From positions 34,534,001 through 34,598,000 of the forward strand of contig NC_088856.1 of the NCBI RefSeq assembly GCF_963853765.1: 64,000 nt of DNA. Direction: 5' to 3'. Origin of the DNA: Magallana gigas (Eukaryota). This document shows, piece after piece, positions 25,801 through 34,778 of this stretch. Position 1 is the first letter of the stretch. The number at the start of each line of letters is the position of its first letter. The notes beneath the pieces were generated by a model, which saw only the letters and a program-made list of their open reading frames with translations, ran no database searches and had not been told where the DNA came from. Both the position numbers and the translations under genes were made by a program.

Positions 25801-26965
25801 ATCAAGAAATTTTTCTGCTTGAATGATTAAATGACTTTTATTGATCGTCTTTAACAAGGGCATGTCTCTCAGGTAACATCTAATCACCTGTAGCTTTGAA
25901 CCCGAATGAACTTGCAGCTTCTGATAGCCCGTCTGATAGGGTTAGGTGCAAGTATATATAGTAACCTAGTTCTTGCATCCATTGTAGAAAATCTGTGATA
26001 AAATCAGACTTGAACTGTAAAGCCATTTGTGAAAGATTTGGAAAATAATGTCTATAGATTATCAGAATTAGTTACTTAGGTCCCTTTGAAGCGTTTTAAC
26101 TGCATCTGATATTTTTGACATATCTCTAGATCTTAAGCTTATTTGCATGGAACTTTATGGACTTTGTAATGAAACATTTTTTAAAATAGTCTAACTTTAT
26201 TCTCATGCTTTGTTTAGAATAACCACTCTTTGGCTCAGTTACCTTAATTTCTTACTGATTTTGTCATTTACTGGTCAGTGTAAAGAAGTGAATGCAAGAA
26301 AAATCAATGCATGACCACATATTTGGTCAATAAAGCTGTGAAAATGTGATATACATATGTATAAAGATTTCCAAGGCACATCAAATACATGTACCATGTA
26401 CATGTATTGACATTTTTGTACGCTGTCTTCTTTTCAGTCTGAGGAACAAACAGCAAAAGAGTTTTCCAAGATAGTGGTAGATGCCGAGTCCGATTACCAG
26501 GTTAGAATCACTACAATCTCGTGTTGTAGCATATGTTTGTTTCTGATTTCTGAGCGGTTTGTAGATGTGTGGGAATCAAAGTCTTGAGAGAGATTTTAAA
26601 GTTCATTATTTTGAAATTCAAGGAATTTTAAAACTTCAAAGCATTTTTAATATGTAGTGGGTGTGGCTGCTTGCAAATACAATATATAATGGGACTAGTA
26701 TTTTCATGTTAAAAAGAAAAAAATTACTTTACTTATTTGTAACTGTTTAATAAATATTAATTTGTTTTAAATTTCATTGTCAAATTTTACCTAATTTTGG
26801 ACACAATAATCTTTTAATATACAGAAAGCCATCGGAGAAAACTACCTGACCATGTCGGACACCACATTTAAGGCGCTACGACGACAACTTCCTGTCACCA
26901 GGACAAAAATAGACTGGAACAAAATTATAGGTTATAAAATTGGAAGCGAGTTGAAGAATGCATGA
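16881..26965 (+). CDS. CAPZA: F-actin-capping protein subunit alpha, 289 aa
   Basis: join(16881-16919, 21451-21514, 21646-21697, 22206-22269, 23186-23256, 24458-24673, 24911-24998, 25251-25322, 26438-26500, 26825-26965) = 870 nt, GT-AG, open frame. [107 protein letters not shown] carries the signature CAPZA motifs. Confidence 0.98.
17291..17625 (+). mobile_element. Degenerate TRIM (mini LTR element) with tRNA-like LTRs, Helenus-like
   Basis: LTR1 17291-17418 (TGT..ACA) and LTR2 17519-17625 share TGTGAyGGTCA..CCAGAT..AGCACCTGA..GTCATTATTTCTCCCATCCC.TTAC. A-box-like (TTGTTCAGTTGG; TAGCACAGTAGG) and B-box (GGTTCAAATCCC) motifs lie inside the LTRs. The 100-bp interior has a PBS-like TAGTGCTGTGGC and a PPT-like AAAGCTGGAGATA. 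No TSD recognisable. Confidence 0.75.
19561..19634. repeat. Perfect 37-bp tandem duplication
   Basis: GAAATTGTCAATGCTATGTAAACTTTGTCCTCCAGAA x2. Confidence 0.9.
19978..20230. mobile_element. MITE with TAGAACCATTTTAACAAGA TIRs (copy 2)
   Basis: TAGAACCATTTTAACAAGAGCTTGGACTTT...AAAGTCCAAGGTCTTGTTAAAATGGTTCTA: 30-bp TIR with one mismatch; same orientation as 15565-15813. Confidence 0.8.
20435..21149. repeat. 42-bp minisatellite, ~17 copies, in CAPZA intron 1
   Basis: Unit GATACAGATTACAGAGAGCCCATGTTGTAATCATTCAATGAT with few substitutions; produces the 215-aa ([14 protein letters not shown])n ORF at 20381-21028. Confidence 0.97.
21991..22171. mobile_element. TA-flanked Tc1/mariner-type MITE
   Basis: TACAGTTGAACTTCGGTATCTC...GAGATAACGAAGTTTGACTGTA TIRs; internal GATATCTCGAA repeats; related copy at 46863-47026. 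Confidence 0.8.
24990..25165. repeat. Degenerate ~45-55-bp tandem repeat starting at the CAPZA exon 7 splice donor
   Basis: AAAGTACAG|GTCAGTACTAAGAT..TGTACTGTAAGTC re-occurs 3-4 times (AGTACTAAGAT x3 plus AGTACTAAGAG). Confidence 0.75.
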
Positions 26966-28112
26966 GGAGTGCAAGGAGCCAAACATGTTTATTTCAAGTG
27001 GTTAAACAAATCCATTGCTGAAGATTATTCATGGACTTCCATCATCTAAACCGTAATACAAGTGACAAGTTGTCTGTACCATAGTGTTTATGGATCAGAT
27101 GTAGAATATCCATGATCGGACCTATTATTTCTGTACATTCTTCTTTCATGTATGCCGCAGTTTCTGCATTAATTATCAGTGGACTGTTTTTTCTCGGTTC
27201 AATTTCTGTTGTAAATTTCCAAGTGAGTTATTATTTGGCTAGTGTAGAAATTTCCCGTCTGGGACTACATTGTCGTTTGGTAGGATATGTTGAATTTTGA
27301 TTTATTTTGGATGATTTTTTTTTTTTTCACTAAGGATGAAAAAGTGTTTTAATGTGCAATATTTTTTAAAGGAATATTCAACCACTCGTTTACTTTTTTT
27401 TTATCGTATAAGAATTATGATTTGACTTTGCATGTGAATTTATGTTAGGGGGAAAATGCATTTTCTGTATGTATATTTACACACAGTTATTTAGACATAT
27501 ATAAATTGTCTGTCCAGCAAATACTTGTATACATTGACAAAGTCAGAAGTAAGACATGAATGTAAGAAATCATAATTTAAAAAAAAAAGAGACATCAGAA
27601 ATATGGATCATAAATACTAGAGGATATAAATGTCAACAGTACATGTAACTTTTTGGAAAATGATATCTGAATAGATATGTTGTTTAAGATTAATATATAG
27701 TATTACATAGTGTATTGCAAAAGAAATCCTACAGAAATTATATTTTAATAGCTCAGGTATCACGTTTTGATCGGGAAATTTTTTTTTAAATTCCAAATGA
27801 TTAAAAAAAAAATGAACATTGAAAACAGAGTGTGTAACAGGATGCCATAATATGAAGAAAGTCTCAACCACGATGAGCTATTTATAGCATGTCTCATAGT
27901 CCTATACTGATTGCAGACTGATGTTAATTGTTTTATATAGTACTGTATGATGATTACTATTACTACTGTATGAATGTAAAAATCTAACACAACTATCACT
28001 TGGACTTTATTTTGTCTTATATATATATGAAGGTGTGCAGTGAATATGGGAAATAACTGAGTACCCTCTCTGCACTGTACACTGATTTGAAGGCTCCGTG
28101 GGACAGATTTAA

Positions 28113-28323
28113 TACTGTGGTTTCATCAATATTCATTGAATACCAATTTTCGTGGATTTCGATGTCAAATTAATCCACGACATTAAATGTTCATTGAAGT
28201 GCAATTTCTATTAAGATTTTGTATCGATAGGGTCATTGGCCTCGAATTTACGTATCCTTGAAACTGAAATTTTCACTTAATCCATGAAAATTGATACCCT
28301 TGAATATTAATGAAACCACAGTA
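28113..28323. mobile_element. TA-flanked MITE
   Basis: TACTGTGGTTTCATcAATATTCA...TGAATATTaATGAAACCACAGTA: 23-bp TIR with one mismatch; related copy at 40817-41045. Confidence 0.8.
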
Positions 28324-28564
28324 ATCTGTCGTCTGATTTATACCAGTAATTGAAAAAATACAATCTACATTGCTTGTCTTTATTTGCAAACAGTAAAGTA
28401 TTCAGCATATACCAAGATAAAGAAGTCAATAAAACATGATTTGCATGCACTCTTCCCGTGGAAGTACTAGTTGGTACCTACAGGCAACTTTTATTTATCA
28501 GCACTTGTTGTCTTTAAACATTTATTTTCCTGCATGTGCTGTATGTTGACAATGTACATGTAAT

Positions 28565-28776
28565 AGTTAAAACTCAACATATACATCTTTACATGTTATA
28601 CTGGTAGTTGAAACTCGACATATATTACCGGTAGTTAAAACTATATTCAACATATTCAATCATCTTTACATGTTATAGCTAATTAAAACTCAACATATAC
28701 ATCTTTATGTGTTAAAGTTGAAACTCAACGTACATATCTTTATGTGTTAAAGTTAAAACTCAACATGTACATCTTT
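28565..28776. repeat. ~35-bp minisatellite, ~6 imperfect copies
   Basis: Recurrent GTTAAAACTCAACATATACATCTTTA(C/T). Confidence 0.8.
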
Positions 28777-29272
28777 AATGATTTACATGTAGTTTTCTCG
28801 CATTATCACTGGTGTGAGATTGGTATGTCCAATGTGAGGACAGCAGTGTAAGATTTTTCTGTCTTGCACTGTATTATTACTATTATAGTTACTATGCCGC
28901 TTTAAAACATAAACAAACGTCTGCTGTAGAGAAATGCAAAATGATGGATTGAGATTATACCCATTACCTGCATGGTTATTGTTTTGATCAATCAATTACT
29001 GTAATAATTTATCACATTTAATTGGAAAAATCTGTCGTATGCTCTAATTTGACTTGCACCATTTGAGGCACGCGGAGGGATAAAATGAAAGTAGTCTTTT
29101 GAACATCATAAAAGATAGTTGTCAGACATTATTTTTTAATGTAAAATAATGCGAGAAATGCAATCATTCATTACATGTATATACTCGTGTAGAGTTTCAC
29201 TATCCGACACTCGTAATAATAAATGATTCTATTATTCTTAAAATTTGAAAAAGTTTTATTTGTGTAGTTGGT

Positions 29273-29365
29273 CCACAGGGGCATCTTATCCACTCTGCTC
29301 TCTATGACGAACATGTAAATAATATATATGTCATAGAGAGCAGAGCAGATGAGATGCTCCTGTGG
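29273..29365. other. 93-nt hairpin (36-bp stem, 21-nt loop); pre-miRNA-like or decayed palindrome
   Basis: CCACAGGGGCATCTTATCCACTCTGCTCTCTATGAC pairs with GTCATAGAGAGCAGAGCAGATGAGATGCTCCTGTGG; 16-bp perfect inner stem; on either strand 2 G-U pairs and 2 mismatches. Confidence 0.6.
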
Positions 29366-31128
29366 TTGGTTCTTAAACACTACTCTAGTGTAGCAAATGA
29401 TATCGTTGATGATTAGGTTGAGGTTATTTCTCTGAGCACACAGCCTGTGTTATAGTTATATAACCATCAGCGGAACCTTAACATTGGTGTAAACATTGAC
29501 CTCTGGTGTTAAATGGTCAATTCAATTCTGATTGGCTGACATCAGTTATGCAAAACCCATGTGCACCTCATATACTTACTATCTGAGGAGGGCTGATCAT
29601 AAGCCCACAGACACCTGACAATATTTTTTCTTATAATTAAAAACTCTTACCAAATTATTGTGTAGGAATAGAACTATACACGTATATATATATATTTTCA
29701 TTACAAGGAAAATACCTACATAAAGCCTGTGCTCTTACCATTTCAATTACAGTACTGTGCTTGATTTGTACCATAACAAGGGCAGAAGAAATCAAAATAT
29801 AGCATTTGTAAAGATGTTGAATAAGAGTTAACTCCCTTACACCCAAGATGCATTTCAAACTTGGTATGGAATATTTTCAGTCTATTTTGTTATACATGTA
29901 TTACAATTTACAGAGGAACGGTGCTCAAGGATGTGCTTGTTTCAGCAGCTACGAACTGTCTGGACTGCATTCTTCCTCACATCTAATGCAGAACATCATT
30001 TGCATGTGTAAATAAATTTCCAATCATTACAACAGGAGACATCAATGTATGGACCATACATCTTGTTTGACAACTAATAGTAGAGCACCATAGTATGGTG
30101 CTCTACTATACATGTATGTTGTCAAGAAGGAATATAATTTATCTCATTTCTTTTTCATTTCATTTTAAGTACTGAAATCTTTCATATCAAATATCAATGG
30201 TAAATCTATCTTTAGCAACGGTATCATTTTCAAATAATCAGACCATAGGATGAGTATGATTAAAGTATCATAATGATAATGTTCTATATTCTAACCAAAT
30301 CTTTTCTGTACATGGCAGTTCAAAAACAACAATATCGGTCTTTTATTGGAAAACCCCACTTTATTTAAATATCTTCTAACAAAGTCATACACTAACTAAT
30401 GTAAAGTGTCTATATATTGCTTGATAATAATCTACAACCTTGTGATTAAAACTAAGATATAAAAGTCTTAGAAAACAAGCACCTACAGGAAAACACTGAA
30501 TAAACAGAGGAGCTGCATGATATAGATATAACCCTCTTGGATTCTGCAAGCACTGATATGTATGGATCACAACATGGTTTGTTAGAAATAGATGCTTTCT
30601 CCAAGGAACACACAATGATAACAAAATGTTTAATGATGTCATAGATGGTATTCTGTATGGAAGCACTAATCAAAGCAATTTGATAAACTGAAAAATTCTT
30701 ATTATATTTGTAACAGATATGTCAAAAACAAATTCAAACATAGACACATACATAAAGCATTATAATTATTGCAGTCAATGTTTTAACTGTTTTCTGTTTC
30801 AAATAACAGAGAGAGGAAACTATTCCAGAAAGCTACTGTATATAAAATAAGCACAGATATTATGCATGGAATGTTTCGATATCACACTACAAGGCCTAGA
30901 GCTGAGAAGCTGTCTGATGGATGAATCAAACTCCAATCTTCTACTTTATCAGTCTGTCCCATTACTGGTAAAACTCTGCAATCAAACACTAGACAGTCAG
31001 TCATCTGTCCCTGGCTCCCTTATATACTAACTTTATGTTAACTTATTTACTGTTTAAAAAGAAAAAGATTTAACTTTACTTAACGGTATTTTTATCTCAT
31101 ACAGACTACAGTACATGCCATTGGAAAG

Positions 31129-32236
31129 TTAATATGTTTTACGGTGCGACCGTTGGGGCGAGCACAGCATGTGATCAAACAATGAATTATAATAAATTAA
31201 TAAAATAAAATTAACAACGTGAAATTTGAATGCCACATACCTATTTTTCAGTAAAGGACTATATATGATAAGGGCCTAAAATGGCCCCCTAAAATGAACA
31301 TCATCATTTTACTATCATTCTTTGTTTTCTTAGTACAGATATGTATGTGATGTGTTTACATAATATTCATTTTGGTTCAAGTGCCCACAGTTTAGATATA
31401 TGACATTGTAAAGACAACCTTTTCCAGCCATTTTTGCATTTTTTAGCGTAAAACAGCTTGTTTCCAAGCAGTTTTTCCTTCCGAAAACATAGAGCGCATT
31501 CTTGAACAAATAAAATATTTTAATCAGAGATGTATCTAGCCAAGACTAATAAGTGATAAAAAAAATTTCCTTGTTCAAGCATGCGCTCTATATTTCCCAT
31601 TCGAAAATAGATAAGAAAAATGTCAATTTTTGGCTGATTTTGATTGAATTATAGAAATGGCGTCACTTCTGACGTCATATACTGCCAGTGAGTGCAAATA
31701 AATCAAATAAATAGATGAAAAATATATTTTATATCAACTCTTCTAAAAAATTAGTTAACATTTTATTGTACCCGAAACACTTAAAAAAATGGCGAATTAT
31801 GGGGGCCAAATTTAGCTCTTATCATATATAGTTCTTTTCATTATTCATAGTTTATAAGATTTGTTATAATTTATTTATTTATATGTAGAACAATAGTTTA
31901 ATCTCAGATACAATGTTGTTAAATAATAAAGATTTTAATATATAAATATTCATTGCACTGCATCTCCTCTTTTAAAGTGATTGTGATTATGATTGATTGA
32001 TTGATTTCCCCCCTTTTTTTTGCAGTAGACATTTTTTCTTAAACTTACATATAAAACTTGACTCATCATAGAGCTCCCCCCATGCTAAAATTTTTTTCAT
32101 TTTTGTCAATTTATACATAGAAAATCGACTTACCATGGATTTGCCCCTCCACTTAAAAAAAAATAATTAATGTTTAATTTTATTTTTAATTTACGCTTAA
32201 AAATATTTGCTTATCATGTTAAAAGAACATGGTGTT

Positions 32237-32267
<31 letters not shown>

Positions 32268-33217
32268 GCATGTAATAAATGGAAGTGAAAATAAAGAAAC
32301 CATTGAACTGCTAAAAAGCTGAAGGATTAGAATTTTCATGATTTATTTTTCTTTTTGCTTGCAAAGATTTTTTGGATGAGGCTGCCATCCACCCACCCAC
32401 CCCCTTTAAAAAAAGGCGTTTCAGGAAATTACCGTAATTATAGTGAATAAAATATTTGTGAGCATTCATCCAAATTAGTGCAATTTACAACTGTTTCCTG
32501 TATCTGAAGAAATGTCCTTATTCGTCAGCTGTTCTTTATCTTAGCCTTTGCAAGATTTTAAGAGGATTTTGGTCATTTCAGCAGATTTACAATAACTTCA
32601 ATTAGAGTAATTTCCCCTTATCAGTGCTTATTGTGACGTCAAAGCTGACGTTGGTTAAGTTGTCGTCTTACTCTTTAAAACTCCCCTGAGAAATAAAAGT
32701 ATGCGAAGTATACTGTTTTATTTACTTAAAAAGCATGATGTTCTTAAAATTACACATCTTATAGCGAGCGCAGCTCGCCGGCGCTCAGCGCCGGCGCGAA
32801 GCAAGCTCTACCGGCAAGGCGTGTGTGAATAGAAAATTCGGACTATATAGTTGCACATTCATTCAACGGATTTTTTTGGCGTCAGTAAATCGGACCAGTA
32901 ATGCATCGTTTTAATCGTCCCAGTAGTTCCCTGTAATCATGGCAATTTTTATCACTTCACACTCTCACGAGAATCAGCAAGACAAATTTAGACAGTAAAA
33001 ACAATAACGATGTAAGCGACATACAGTCAATGTTACCTCTAAAGTTCACCTCAGTACACTTTCAATCAAAAATAATCGTGTGACGTCACAAACGTTTACA
33101 CATTGATCCGATATATTTTTTCGGAGTCAGTAAATTTTGACCCACAATTCATAGTACCAATGGTTTCCAACATCAATTTTTCTCCCGAGAATCAAAGTAA
33201 AACCTTTGAAAAGCTTA
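31129..33217 (+). mobile_element. Inverted, circularly permuted copy (segments A-B-C) of the element at 33215-34745
   Basis: A 31129-32418 = revcomp of 33580-34282; B 32419-32763 = revcomp of 33215-33560; C 32759-33217 = revcomp of 34280-34745; interrupted by the MITE at 31256-31834. Confidence 0.9.
31256..31834. mobile_element. 579-bp MITE with ~35-bp imperfect TIRs and no TSD
   Basis: GGACTATATATGATAAGGGCCTAAAATGGCCCCC...GGGGGCCAAATTTAGCTCTTATCATATATAGTTC. The empty site in the sister copy (~34132-34160, revcomp CTATTTTTCAGTAAA^TTTTCATTATTCATA) shows a precise insertion at AAA^TTT. Confidence 0.9.
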
Positions 33218-34745
33218 TAAGATGTGTAATTTTAAGAACATCATGCTTTTTAAGTAAATAACACAGTATACTTCGCATACTTTTATTTCTCAGGGGAGTT
33301 TTAAAGAGTAAGACGACACTTAACCAACGTCAGCTTTGACGTCACAATAAGCACTGATAAGGGGAAATTACTCTAATTGAAGTTATTGTAAATCTGCTGA
33401 AATGACCAAAATCCTCTTAAAATCTTGCAAAGGCTAAGATAAAGAACAGCTGACGAATAAGGACATTTCTTCAGATACAGGAAACAGTTGTAAATTGCAC
33501 TAATTTGGATGAATGCTCACAAATATTTTATTCACTATAATTACGGTAATTTCCTGAAACGTAACGTTATATGTAGCAGCGCCTTTTTTTAAAGGGGGTG
33601 GGTGGGTGGATGGCAGCCTCATCCAAAAAATCTTTGCAAGCAAAAAGAAAAATAAATCATGAAAATTCTAATCCTTCAGCTCTTTAGCAGTTCAATGGTT
33701 TCTTTATTTTCACTTCCATTTATTACATGGGGGGGGGGGGGACAACACCATGTTCTTTTAACATGATAAGCAAATATTTTTAAGCGTAAATTAAAAATAA
33801 AATTAAACATTAATTTTTTTTTTTTTAAGTGGAGGGGCAAATCCATGGTAAGTCGATTTTCTATGTATAAATTGACAAAAATGAAAAAAATTTTAGCATG
33901 GGGGGAGCTCTAAGATGAGTCAAGTTTTATATGTAAGTTTAAGAAAAAATGTCTACTGCAAAAAAAAGGGGGAAATCAATCAATCAATCATAATCACAAT
34001 CACTTTAAAAGAGGAGATGCAGTGCAATGAATATTTATATATTAAAATCTTTATTATTTAACAACATTGTATCTGAGATTAAACTATTGTTCTACATATA
34101 GATAAATAAATTATAACAAATCTTATAAACTATGAATAATGAAAATTTACTGAAAAATAGGTATGTTTTATTTTTTGGCATTCAAATTTCACGTTGTTAA
34201 TTTTATTTTATTAATTTATTATAATTCATTGTTTGATCACATGCTGTGCTCGCCCCAACGGTCGCACCGTAAAACATATTAAGCTTTTCAAAGGTTTTAC
34301 TTTGATTCTCGGGAGAACGTGATGTTGGAACGTGAGGTTGGAAACCATTGGTACTATGAATTGTGGGTCAAAATTTACTGACTCCGAAAAAATATATCGG
34401 ATCAATGTGTAAACGTTTGTGACGTCACACGATTATTTTTGATTGAAAGTGTACTGAGGTGAACTTTAGAGGTAACATTGACTGTATGTCGCTTACATCG
34501 TTATTGTTTTTACTGTCTAAATTTGTCTTGCTGATTCTCGTGAGAGTGTGAAGTGATAAAAATTGCCATGATTACAGGGAATTACTGGGACGATTAAAAC
34601 GATGCATTACTGGTCCGATTTACTGACGCCAAAAAAATCCGTTGAATGAATGTGCAACTAGTCCGAATTTTCTATTCACACACGCCTTGCCGGTAGAGCT
34701 CGCTTCGCGCCGGCGCTGCGCGCCGGTGAGCTGCGCTCGCTATAA
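33215..34745 (-). mobile_element. ~1.53-kb non-autonomous element bounded by TATAA direct repeats, with GC-rich terminal hairpins (Crypton- or Helitron/Helentron-like, unassigned)
   Basis: Left end TTATAAGATGTGTAATTTT, right end GCGCCGGTGAGCTGCGCTCGCTATAA; no coding capacity; the ends are defined by the head-to-tail junction seen at 32750-32770. Confidence 0.7.
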
Positions 34746-34778
34746 ACTAACAATCAATATATCAAACCTACTGAGTCT

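Noticed and set aside
29923-30016. Alternative CAPZA last exon or orphan terminal exon
   Set aside because: It has an acceptor-like TTACAG, but no reading frame resembles CAPZA or any protein I recognise.
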